Shown: piece after piece, positions 38,401 through 49,609 of the stretch
Layout of the letters: each line of letters opens with the position of its first letter
How positions within the stretch are numbered: the stretch's first letter is position 1
NCBI RefSeq assembly: GCF_044704955.1
Contig: NC_091999.1
Span: 13,950,001 to 14,014,000, forward strand
Direction of reading: 5' to 3'
Origin: Pristiophorus japonicus
Taxonomy: Eukaryota
DNA length: 64,000 bases
Made by a program: the position numbers and the translations under genes
The notes under the pieces: model-generated
Told to the model about the DNA's origin: nothing
Seen by the model: the letters and a program-made list of their open reading frames with translations, nothing else
The model's database searches: none

Positions 38401-41400
38401 ACCAAAACTGTACACAATACTCCAGGTGTAGCCTCACCAAGGCCCTGTACAACTGTAGCAACACCTCCCTGCCCCTGTACTCAAATCCCCTCGCTATGAA
38501 GGCCAACATGCCAATTGCTTTCTTAACCGCCTGCTGCATCTGCATGCAAACCTTCAATAACTGATGTACTATGACACCCAGATCTCGTTACACCTCCCCT
38601 TTTCCTAATCTGTCACCATTCAGATAATAGTCTGTCTCTCTGTTTTTACCACCAAAGTCTGTCTCTCTCTTTTTACCACCAAAGTGGATAACCTCACATT
38701 TATCCACATTATACTTCATCTGCCATGCATTTACCCACTCACCTAACCTATCCAAGTCACTCTGCAGCCTCATATCATCCTCCTCGCAGCACACACTGCC
38801 GCCCAACGTAGTGTCATCCGCAAATTTGGAGAAACTACATTTAATCCCCTCGTCTAAATCATTAATGTACAGTGTGAACAGCTGGGGCACCAGCACAGAA
38901 CCTTGCGGTACCCCACTAGTCACTGCCTGCCATTCTGAAAAGTATCCATTTACTCCGACTCTTTGCTTCCTGTCTGACAACCAGTTCTCAATCCATGTCA
39001 GCACACTACACCCAATCCCATGTGCTTTAACTTTGCACATTATTCTCTTGTGTGGGACCTTGTCGAAAGCCTTCTGAAAGTCCAAATATACCACATCAAC
39101 TGGTTCTCCGTTGTCCACTCTACTAGAAACATCCTCAAAAAATTCCAGAAGGTTTGTCAGGCATAATTTCCCTTTCACAAATCCATGCTGACTTGGACCT
39201 ATCATGTCACCTCTTTCCAAATGCTCTGCTATGACATCCTTAATAATTGATTCCATCATTTTACCCACTACTGAGTTCAGGCTGACCGGTCTATAATTCC
39301 CTGTTTTCTCTCTCCCTCCTTTTTTAAAAAGTGGGGTTACATTGGCTACCCTCCACTCGATAGGAACTGATCCAGAGTCTATGGAATGTTGGAAAATGAC
39401 TGTCAATGCATCTGTTATTTCCAAGGCCACCTCCTCAAGTACTCTGGGATACAGTCCATCAGACCTTGGGGATTTATCGGCCTTCAATCCCATCAATTTC
39501 CCCAACACAATTTCCCAACTAATAAGGATTTCCCTCAGTTCCTCCTTCTTTTATATCCGGAAGGTTGTTTGTGTCCTCCTTAGTGAATACCGAACCAAAG
39601 TACTTGTTCAATTGGCTTGCCATATCTTTGTTCCCAGTTACGACTTCCTCTGATTCTCACTGCAGGGGACCTACGTTTGTCTTTACTAACCTTTTTCTCT
39701 TTACATATCTATCGAAACTTTTGCAGTCCGTCTTAATGTTCCCTGCAAAATGTTGCCGTACTCCATTTTCCCTGCCCTAATCAAACCCTTTGTCCTCCTC
39801 TGCTGAGTTCTAAATTTCTCCCAGTCCCCAGGTGCACTTATATTTCTGGCCAATTTGTATGCCACTTCCTTGGCTTTAATACTCTCCCTGATTTCCCTTG
39901 ATAGCCACGGTTAAGCCACCTTCCCTTTTTTATTTTTTACGCTGGACAGGAATGTACAATTGTTGTAGTTCATCCATGCGGTCTCTAAATGTCTGCCATT
40001 GCCCATCCACAGTCAACCCCTTATGTATCATTCGCCAATCTATCCAAGCCAATTCACGCCTCATACCTTCAAAGTTACCCTCCTTTAAGTTCTGGACCAT
40101 GGTCTCTGAATTAACTGTTTCATTCTCCATCCTAATGTAGTATTCCACCATAATATGGTCACTCTTCCCCAAGGGGCCTCGCACAACGAGATTGCTAATT
40201 AATCCTCTCTCATTGCACAACACCCAGTCTAAGATGGCCTCCCCCCTAGTTGGTTCCTCGACATATTGGTCGAGAAAACCATCCCTTATGCACTCCAGGA
40301 AATCCTCCTCCACCGTATTGCTTCCAGTTTGGTTAGCCCAATCTATATGCATATTAAAGTCACCCATTATAACTGCTGCACCTTTATTGCATGCACCCCT
40401 AATTTCCTGTTTGATGCCCTCCCCAACATCACTACTACTGTTTGGAGGTCTGTACACAACTCCCACTAACGTTTTTTGCCCTTTGGTTTTCTGCAGCTCT
40501 ACCCATATAGATTCCACATCATCCAAGCTAATGTCCTTCCTAACTATTGCATTAATCTCCTCTTTAAATAGCAATGCTACCCCTCCTCCTTTTCCTTTTA
40601 TTCTATCCTTCCTGAATGTTGAATACCCATGGATGTTGAGTTCCCAGCCCTGATCATCCTGGAGCCACGACTCTGTAATCCCAATCACATCATATCTGTT
40701 GACAACTATTTGCACAGTTAATTCATCCACCTTATTACGGATACTCCTTGAATTAAGACACAAAGCCTTCAGGCTTGTTTTTTTAACACCCTTTGTCCTT
40801 TTAGAATTTTGCTGTACAGTGGCCCTTTTTGTTTTTTGCCTTGGGTTTCTCTGCCCTCCACTTTTACTCATCTCCTTTCTGTCTTTTGCTTTTGTCTCCT
40901 TTTTGTTTCCCTCTGTCTCCCTGCATTGGTTCCCATCCCCCTGCCATATTAGTTTAACTCCTCCCCAACAGCACTAGCAAACACTCCCCCAGGTGCAGAC
41001 CATCCGATTTGTACTGGTCCCACCTCCCCCAGAACCGGTTCCAATGCCTCAGGAATTTGAATCCCTCCCTGCTGCACCACTGCTCAAGCCACGTATCCAT
41101 CTGCGCTATCCTGCGATTCAGATACAGAATTCTGACAAAAGATTGGAGTCGAATACTGTGACTCAAAAGGCAGGCAAAAGGGTTGGGGAGTATGGGGAAC
41201 GAAAGTGGATTGAATACAAAAACCACTCTGGGGCTGATGACCCCAACAACAGAAATGATGCAGCATTCTTGAAAATGTTGAAGAACGGACGAGGAAAGAC
41301 ACATCAAAATATAATTAAGTACGGATTTAAGATAGGAGATGATTATGATGAAACTTTGGAATGGGCAGATGTGTCGATTAACTATATCAGTTAGTCCATC

Positions 41401-41504
41401 CCGAGGGAGAGAAGCCTCCTTTTAGCGCAACGAGCGGGCAGGTATCGATTAACAACATCAGTTAGTCCACCTTGAAGGAGAGAAGCCTCCTTTTTACCCC
41501 AACA
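35429..41504 (+). mobile_element. ERV-like element B: 5' LTR 35429-36105, PBS tRNA-Ser(CGA), gag remnants, 3' LTR remnant about 41365-41504
   Basis: TGTAA...CCTACA LTR with TATAA and AATAAA. PBS TGGCGTCATGAACAGGAT at 36108-36125. The twin ~70-bp LTR-end repeat at 35965-36105 recurs at 41365-41504. Capsid MHR-like TQKAGKRVGEYGERKWIEYKNHSG near 41160-41230. Confidence 0.75.
37858..41118 (-). mobile_element. Longest-ORF CR1 LINE in the window (ORF1 esterase end, AP endonuclease, RT), frameshifted, inserted in ERV B
   Basis: ORF 39930-40871 is APE (GITESW, MGDFN, SDH). ORF 38588-39508 is RT (FADD). ORF 37958-38557 is the C-terminus. ORF1 SGNH-type ...FWGRWDQYKSDGLHL near 41000. Confidence 0.96.
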
Positions 41505-43460
41505 CCTCCCCTCCTCACATCTCTCCTCTGATCATCTCCTCTCTCCCCTACCTTCTCCCCTCCGCTACACTATTCTCTTCTCCTACCCTCACGTCTACCC
41601 TCTCCTCTTCTCTCCCCAGTCCTCTCCTCTAATCCCCTCCCCTCTTCACTCCGCTTTCCTCTCCTCTCCTCTCATCACATCCACTCTCCGTTCCACTACT
41701 CTCCCCTGCTCTGCTTTCTTCTCCCCTCTCCTCCCCTACACTCTCGACCCCCCTGCTCATCTCTACCCTCCTCTCTCCCCTCGTCTCTCTTTGCTTCCCC
41801 TCTCCACTACTCACCTCCTCTCGCCTCTCCTCTCCTCCACACTCCTCTCCTCTCCCCACTCCTCTGCTCACCTCCTTTTCCTTTCATCTTATCTCCTCCT
41901 CTCCCCTCTCCTCCCCACTCGGCTCGTCCCTTCTCCCCTCTCCTCTCCACTGCTCTTCTCACCTGTCTTCCCGTTCTCTCCTCTCCTCCCCTTTCAGCTG
42001 TTCTCCTCAACTCTCTTGTGTCCTCATTTTCTCCCCTCTCGCCTACCTTCTCCATGCTCTACTCCATTCTCCCATCTCCCCAACCCTCTTCTCCTCCCCT
42101 TTCCTCTCCTCCATTCTCCTCTCATCTCCTGTCCTCTGCTCTCTCATATCCACTCATCTCCTCTCCTCCCCTATCCTCTCCTCTTCTCTCCCGATTTTAA
42201 GTCGCTTCTCTCTCCACTCTTATCTCCACTCCAATCATCTCGAATCCTCTCCCCTAAATTCTCCCCTCCTCTCCTCTCCCCTCCTCCTCATCTCTTCTCC
42301 CCTTTCATTTTAAGTCCTCTCCTCACTTGTGCCCTCTGATTTTCTCCCCTCTCCCCTCCTACCCGCTCCTCTCCTTCCCTCTGCTCTCCTGAACCCTCTC
42401 CACTCCGCTCCGCCCCTCCTACCCTCTGCTCTCCTTTCCTCAACCCTCTTTTCACCTCCTCCTCTCATTCAGTCTTCTGCCTCCTCTCCTCTCCCCTAAC
42501 TTCACCACCCCTCTTTTCCATTCATCTCTACTCACCTATCCGCTACCCACTCCTCTCCTGCCCTCTCTTCTACTCTCCTCCCTTGTCCCCTCTCTTGTCC
42601 TCTCCTCTCCTCTCATCTACTACCCTCCTCTCTCCACTCTGCTTTCTTCTTTTCTCTCCTCTCTTCTCATCTCCTCTCTGTTGCTCGACTCTCCACAGCT
42701 CTTCTCTCCTCCACTCTCCTCTCCACTTCCCCGCTCTTCTCCCCTCCCTTCTCGCCTCTGCTCTCCCCGCCCTCTTCCTCTCCTCTGATGGACTCTCCTC
42801 TGCTCTCCCGCCGCCCTTCCCCTCTCCTCTACTCTCCTTCCCTCGCATCCTCTCTCCCCTCTCCACTTCTCTCCATGCCTCCCTTCTCCGCTCTGCTCCT
42901 CTCATCTCTCCCCTACCTTCTTCCCACCTCTACTCCACTCTCCTCTCCTCCCCTCTCCACTACATTCTCATCTCCACTCCCCTCGCCTCTCCACTCGTCT
43001 CATCCCTCTACTCTACCTTCTCCTCACCTCTATTCCACTCTCCTCTCCTTCCATCTCCCCTGCACTATCATCTCCATTCCCCCCCTCTCCTCTCTTCCCC
43101 TCTCGTATTTTCTCCTCTCCCCTCTTTTCTCCTCTCCTCTACTCATCTCTGCTCCCCTCTCTACTTCCTCTCTCATCTATCCTATCCTCCACTAACCTCT
43201 GCTCCCCTTCCTGCTCATCTTCTCTCTTTCCTTCTCCCACCCTCTCCTCTCACCTCCTATCCTCTACTCTGCTCTGCTGTCTTCTCCACTCCACTCATCT
43301 CCTCCCCTCACCTCTGCTCTCCTATTCCCTTCCTCTCCTCCACACTCATCTCCTCGCGTCTACTCCCCTCCCGCCTCCTGTTCTCTCTCTTCTCCCCTCC
43401 TCACCTCTCTGCTCCTTTCATCTCCATTCCTCACCTCCAGTCTCTCCATTCCCTGCACTG
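41505..43460. repeat. About 2-kb polypyrimidine/polypurine (CTCCT-like) tract
   Basis: Almost entirely C and T on the + strand. Confidence 0.95.
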
Positions 43461-43499
43461 AGGAAAATACATGATTTGATGGCGTGTGACTGTCAGTAT

Positions 43500-43880
43500 G
43501 GCATTGGTCTCCATGAATCCTTACTGACCATTGTAATAACAGCACACACGTATCCTTACTCACCAATATGTTATCTGTCCCCATGTGCCCTTACTGACCT
43601 CTGTATTATCTGTCCCCATGAACCGTTACTGACCAATATATTATCTGCCGCATGTACCCTTACTGACCATTGTATTATCAGTCCCATGTACCCTTACTGA
43701 CAATTGTATTATCAGTCCTCATGTACCCTTACTGACCATTATATTATCAGTCCTCATGTATCCTTGCTGGCCATTGTGTGATCAGTCGTCATATATCTTT
43801 ACTGACCATTGTATTATCAGTGCCCATGTATCCTTAATTAGCACTGTACTGTCAGTCCCCATGTATGTTACTGACCTTTA
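43500..43880. repeat. About 33-bp tandem repeat
   Basis: ccttactgaccattgtattatcagtcccatgta units, roughly 10 copies. Confidence 0.85.
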
Positions 43881-44233
43881 CTTAGAAATCTATCCTTCCA
43901 TTTGTTTTATTTCACTTGTGTTACCCCGAGAAGTGAATTGAAAATCTGAAATTACAGAGTTATTTTACATCTCAGTGATAATAGAAACTCCCTAAATGAA
44001 AGCTGCTCCCTTCACATGCATGCTGTGATTCTGTGGAATTAACTATTTCTGCTTTTACCAATAGTGCTTGGTTTTGGATAAAGTTATTTGATCTGAAAGC
44101 CACGTTGCTTTTAAGATATTTTGCAATTGAAAGTGATGCAAATAAAAGATTCGGACAACTTGTGTATTCAGTGACTGTGATTAATATCCTTCAGTGTGCA
44201 GTTTAATTGTCTCACTGGAGAGTTCCCTCAGGC

Positions 44234-44241
44234 TATAAATA
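44234..44241 (+). promoter_or_regulatory. TATA box upstream of the GPCR exon 1
   Basis: TATAAATA about 100 bp before the ATG at 44333. Confidence 0.45.
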
Positions 44242-44332
44242 GGGATTTTTTCCCCAGTCTGTACAGCAATGTTTGACTGAAGTTGTTGTCTAAAACGAAC
44301 AGCGCTCATTGGAGCTCACAGAAAGTCAAATC

Positions 44333-44429
44333 ATGTTCTGGGAGATTCCAACTCAACTTTGGATCCTGTGGGCACTTGTCAAAGTAGAACGTATTTATTA
44401 CCCGCTCCTCGCTCCTGTTGGTGTTCCTG
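44333..44429 (+). pseudogene. GPR139-like GPCR exon 1
   Basis: MFWEIPTQLWILWALVKVERIYYPLLAPVGVP plus a phase-1 G. The donor is GCGAGT (GC rather than GT). Confidence 0.75.
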
Positions 44430-46018
44430 GCGAGTCCTTCATCTGCAATTAATTATGTAACCCATGTTTCTAAGTATTTGCTGTCCTTGTCCTTTAGTTC
44501 CAGTTATTAATTGTATTCAATTTAAACCTTTTGTTCTGTGTCTGGCAATGCAAAGAAGTTTCTGTCATGTAATGTTTGATCATTTGCTGACTCGCTGCTC
44601 CCAGTTCAATAAACAGTGTGTTGTTTCCACAACTTGCTTCCAGTAATAGTGGTCTACAGGATTTGACAGAAATTTGATTTTATTGACACAAGACATGTTA
44701 GTGAACGATTATATTATTGAACAGCTTGCAGTCAGCTTTCTGCACTGATGCCCAGTGTTGCATCATAAATATGTGTTCAGCGGTAACAAGTGTTTTAAGG
44801 ACCGTTGGTTATTGTTAATGACACTGATCTGTGGAAATCAGCGTTGAGAGATCCTTCACAAATACACTGAGATATGAGAGATTATTCACTAATGATTCAG
44901 CTATAGATAGTTGTCGTAATTTCCACCACCTTGCGCTCTGCCTCACAGTCACTAATTCCAGATGATCAGGACAGGGTTAAAACTGCAATACGTCTTCCAG
45001 TAAAATGTTTATTCAGTTGTGTTTGAATTGATTTATTTCCCTTGTTCAGCCACAGTTCAGGAGATCTCGGTGTGGACCGCATGGTAGCAACTATTCAAAA
45101 TGGAGCAATATATTGTGAAATATTTTGATATTTCCAGTCTCAAACTTTCTCTGTCAACTGGAAGTCTGTAACTTTCTCACACCAGGTGAAAGGCAGTTGG
45201 TTGACACGGTTCCAGCTGTAAATAGACACGTTTGAAAATCTTCTGTGACATCTTACAACATGGGTCATCATCAGTCTATTGTAAAGCGACAGTCCCTTCT
45301 TTAAAGATTATTTGCAATATTGTTGAAAAGTCAGCTTAAGCCAGTTACAAAGTGTACTTTCAATACAATGGTTGGAAAGGTTCTGATTTCGACACATAAT
45401 ACAATTCAATTCATCTTCTTCAGCCTTCGACACAATCTCAGTAACCTCGCCAAAGACTCCATTCCCCTCCCTGTCACAGACTCCATTCCTTTCCTTGGCC
45501 ACAGACTCCATTCCCTCCTTTGGCCCCCAATTTCATTCTCCTCCCTGGACACAGATTTCATTCCCCTCGCTGTCCCCATGCTACATTCCCATCCCTGGAC
45601 AATGACTCTATTCCCCTCAATGGACGCAGGCTGTTCACAAACTTGCGGCTTCTTGTGCTGAATTATTGCTTCCTCTGACTTCGATATGGCGTTATATCAG
45701 AGTCTCATTCGGAGCTTTACCCACCTGGCAAAAGTCCAATACATTAATTCTTTCAGTCATGACCCAGCACCCACACATCACACCCACCGCTTCACTCACT
45801 CCCTGTCACAACACCCAAACATCCCATCCACTGGTACATTCAGTCCAGAGCCAACACCCACACGTCCCATTCACTGGTGTAATCAATCCTGACCCAAACA
45901 CCACAAGTCCTATTGGCTGGTTCATTTAATCCTGACTCATTTCACACATAATTCTTTGATGCAGCTGTTGTTGCTCTCAATCTGAAATATAAATTCCCTG
46001 TTTTTCTCTTTCTTGCAG

Positions 46019-46901
46019 TGAACTTAGTGATGATAATGATCCTGTCTCAAGGAAGGTGCGGTCTCTCCAAGTGTGTCAGCCGTTACCTGGTGGCAATGGC
46101 AGCGGCGGATCTACTGGTCCTTATCCTCGACCTGATATCCAGGCAGATTCCTATTCTTTATTGGACCGCGTTTGAGTTCATGTGGAAGATTAAAGTGTGT
46201 AATATCCATGCCATCCTGCTTTACGCAGTCACAGACTGTTCCGTCTGGTTCACACCTTTGATCGATGTATAGCCATTTGTTGTCAGAAGCTCAAAACCAA
46301 ATATTGCACCGAGAAAATGGCGACTGTGGCTGTGGGAACATTGAGTGCGCTGTTCTGTGTAAAGAACACTTTCTGGTACTTTATGTTTAGAGGTATGTAT
46401 CAGATTTCCAATGTTCCCTGGTTTTGTTTTGTTCGATGGGAAGTCTCTGAGTCATTAGCATGGGCAGTAATTGAATTCCTTCATTATATTATAACACCGT
46501 TTATTCCATTTGTTCTGATCCTTCTGCTCAATGTTTTAATTGTGAGACACGTTTTAGTGTCGAGCAGAGCCCGCAGGAGACTCCGGGCCCACAGCAGTGG
46601 CGAGAGTCCCAGTGACCCAGAGATGGAGAAGCGAAGGAAATCCACCATTTTACTGTTTGTTATATCCAGCAATTTTATCCTCTTATGGGCAGTGTTTCTG
46701 ATATATTCTGTGGGGAATCGATTGTCTTCGTTAAACTTTATTCCTGTACATCTACCTGAATATGTACAGGAAATGGGATTTATGCTTCAGCTCCTGAGTT
46801 GCTGCACATGTATTTATGCCGTGACCCAGACGAAATTCAGAGAGGAGTTGAAGAATGTGGTGAAATATCCCTTTACTGTAATTGTTAAATGCATTAAATA
46901 A
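46019..46901 (+). pseudogene. GPR139/GPR142-like class A GPCR exon 2 (frameshifted)
   Basis: Acceptor tcttgcag. VNLVMIMILSQGRCGLSKCVSRYLVAMAAADLLV...DCSVWFT / TFDRCIAICCQKLKTKYCTEK...LQLLSCCTCIYAVTQTKFREEL. Frameshift near 46253 just before the DRY-equivalent; TM7 looks two residues short. Confidence 0.88.
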
Positions 46902-47152
46902 TAAGAATTACACAATGTTTTGGGCGTGTATTCTGCCCAATCCGCTCATCTCTGTGATATACACACAGTGAGGCCTATTTTCATTTTTCACCGCGCGGAT
47001 TCGGCGACTAACAGAAATGAGAGGTGGGTAAGTCCACGGAGATCAGTCCCGCTGGACTCCTGCAGGTTTTATCCCCGCTAAGGCGTCTGCTGCGGCCTGG
47101 GACGGGTTTATAAAGCTCCCGACCGCCAAGATCGCATCGGATGTGTTTACCC

Positions 47153-47942
47153 AAAGGGAGCGGCGCGGGGAAGGTGGCTCTGTTACTTTTCAGTCCACGG
47201 GCGGGCCGCTCAGTCCCCAGCACTCCCAGGGAAAGCTGGGGGGAAATGGCCTGGGACCAAACAACAGCCAGAGAGGGAAGGTTTCAAAGGCTCAAAGGTC
47301 AGTGCTTTCATCCTTTTGCAGGCTCCTTGTGTTATTCTCCCAGCGCCTGGTGATAGCGACGTATCCTTGTTTCAGATAATCTACCTTTGGGATTAAAGGG
47401 TCTCCTGCAGACGGAGTATATCCCAGTGACATTCACCACTATAACGTTCCTTTGTAAGTTTGCTTGAACAATGCGGTGATCTGCAGGATGAAGTGTTCCC
47501 CGCACACACTCCACACACATTAAACTCAGCTCCTCCTCACTCTGTGTAAAATCGCCGAGCTAAACATAGCTCATAATATGCAGTGTTCAGGGAGGGTGGT
47601 AACTAGCTTTGTTGCTAGGTATTGCAGTATGAGTGATGTAATAAAGCGGGGAAACTCGCATGACACTGTGCCTGAGTATTGTGACATCACAGACCTGCCC
47701 TTCTGACCACGCCCTGGTCTGTGGTTGACCCAGAATCGCATTTCAGACATCCCATCTCCTTCACCAATCACTTCACATAGAGTTACTTAATGTCTGCAGC
47801 ACAGAAATAGGCCATTCGGTGCTCGCGGCTGCAAACTGGTCTGAGGTGGTTCCCCTGAGGTTTCCCTGGGGGTGCTGGGAGTTAGCAGCCCGTCTGCCTG
47901 TGGACTGCAAATTTAGAGCGACCTTCCCCACCCCGACCCTTT
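47153..47942. repeat. Degenerate inverted-repeat (MITE/foldback-like) element
   Basis: 47153-47269 aligns with the reverse complement of 47827-47942. Confidence 0.6.
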
Positions 47943-48399
47943 CGGCCCAGCAGAGCATGCCAGAGTTTACTCTATCACCACATCCTGATCTTAAACAGAG
48001 TGCACAAAGAGAGTGGTAAACTTGGGAACGTAGAGAAAGTGAGATTCAGTGGTAAGTCCATGGTGAGTCTGGCTGAGTATTAGCTGTAAGAAGGGAAATT
48101 TAGATTAACGTTTTGAATTGAACTTAGAACTTTAAAAACAGAAGTTAGCAGAAACTGCCTGTTAGTGGTAGTTAACTATGAGTCAGCTGTAAGTGTTAGT
48201 CTTAAATATGTGCTAATTACTGCGAGCAATGGGCATGGAGCTGAGACAGCACTTGTAACTTGTGTGTGGCTCCAAAGGTATAAAAGAAAACACGAACTGC
48301 TGATTCACAGTGTGTTCTGCAAAGTGATACCAAATTCCGTTTAATGAGAGTTTGAATGGGAACAGTGGTTGAAGGAGGTGCTGCTTTGGCCTCCAAAAT

Positions 48400-49570
48400 A
48401 CAGCAGGTAGATGAACGTTTGGTGAGTATTACCTTTTTTCTCGAAGCTTGATCTAAACTAAGACCTGGGAGCAATATCAATACTTAATTAAATTAATAAT
48501 TTAACTATAATTACTAATTAATTAATATAATTATAAATAAGCATTTGAATAAAAACTAAGTAATTAAATTAATTCAGTGTGTAAATAAGCAAATACATTT
48601 ATAAAAAATAACTAAAGATGGCAGGGTAGGCAATGAATCGAGACTGTAATGTGTGTGAGTTTGTGGACAGCAAATCTGTCCCACATTCCCACATCTGCAG
48701 GAAATGTCTATGCTTTGTTCGCTCTGGCTCAGGGTAATTGGGCTGGAGTGCGAGTTCGACACACTCTGAAACACACAGGATAAGTGATTTAATCCAGAAA
48801 ACAGTCACATCCCACAGAAAAGCGCAGGTTCAGGAAAGTCCGTGGCTGGTTGGGTGCCGTGTAGCGAGAACTGAGAGGCTGAGAATGAGACACTGCTCCT
48901 GCCCAACAGGTATGATATACTCGTTACCTTTAATGATAAGGATAAAGTTTGCGTGGAGGACATCCACAATACATACCAAGGTACGTGGCTCAGAAGGTTG
49001 TCCACAGGCAGAGATAGGAAGAAATATTAAACAATTACTTTGCATCAGTATTTATCAGGGAGACAGCACAGGTGGACATGACATTGGATGATATTAGAAA
49101 TGAAATAACTGCATTTAAAATAACAAGAGGAAAATATTATATAAACTAATCAAACCGAAAATGGATAAAATGCCGGCTTCGGACGAATTACATCTAGGGA
49201 AGAGATAGCAGAGGCATTAATAAACATATTTAATATTTTGTTAGAATAAAGTGCAGTGCCGGAGGATTGTCAGACACCTAATGTAATACCTATTTTTAAG
49301 AAGGGAGGTAGAACGTGTCTGAGGAACTATAGTCCAGTCAACTTAACGTCGTTGGTAGGAAATATAATGGATTCCCTACTAAAGGAGAAAGTGGAAGAAC
49401 AACTAGAAACCAAAAATGAATAGTCAGCATGGATTATAAAAGGGAAAGTCTTGAATTGACCAAATTTTTTGAATTTTTCGAAGAGGTAACAGATAGCGTA
49501 AACTAGCGTAATCTAATTTATCTAGATTTCCAAAGGCCTTCGATAAGATACCCCATAATAGACTGAAAGG
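48400..49570 (+). mobile_element. Old CR1 with 5' UTR/ORF1 start and a heavily deleted ORF2
   Basis: AT-rich leader, then ATGGCAGGG...HICRKC. Later NVIPIFKKG, NYSPVNLTS, SQHG and YLDF. Confidence 0.65.
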
Positions 49571-49609
49571 GCAGATCACAAATCGTAATTACAATTAATA
49601 ATAATAATT

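Noticed and set aside
37958-40871. An active retroelement, or a retron/DGR-type RT system
   Set aside because: This is an ordinary CR1 ORF2 (APE plus FADD RT) broken by frameshifts and deletions. All long RT ORFs in the window are CR1.
35424-41509. Target-site duplication ACTCC/CCTCC around ERV B
   Set aside because: The match is imperfect, the right side is low-complexity, and ERV A does not resume after it.
41629-43461. Long Ser/Pro/Leu-rich or Glu/Arg-rich ORFs (up to 292 aa)
   Set aside because: Artefacts of the stop-poor CT tract. The same applies to ORFs in the CA, GA and minisatellite tracts.
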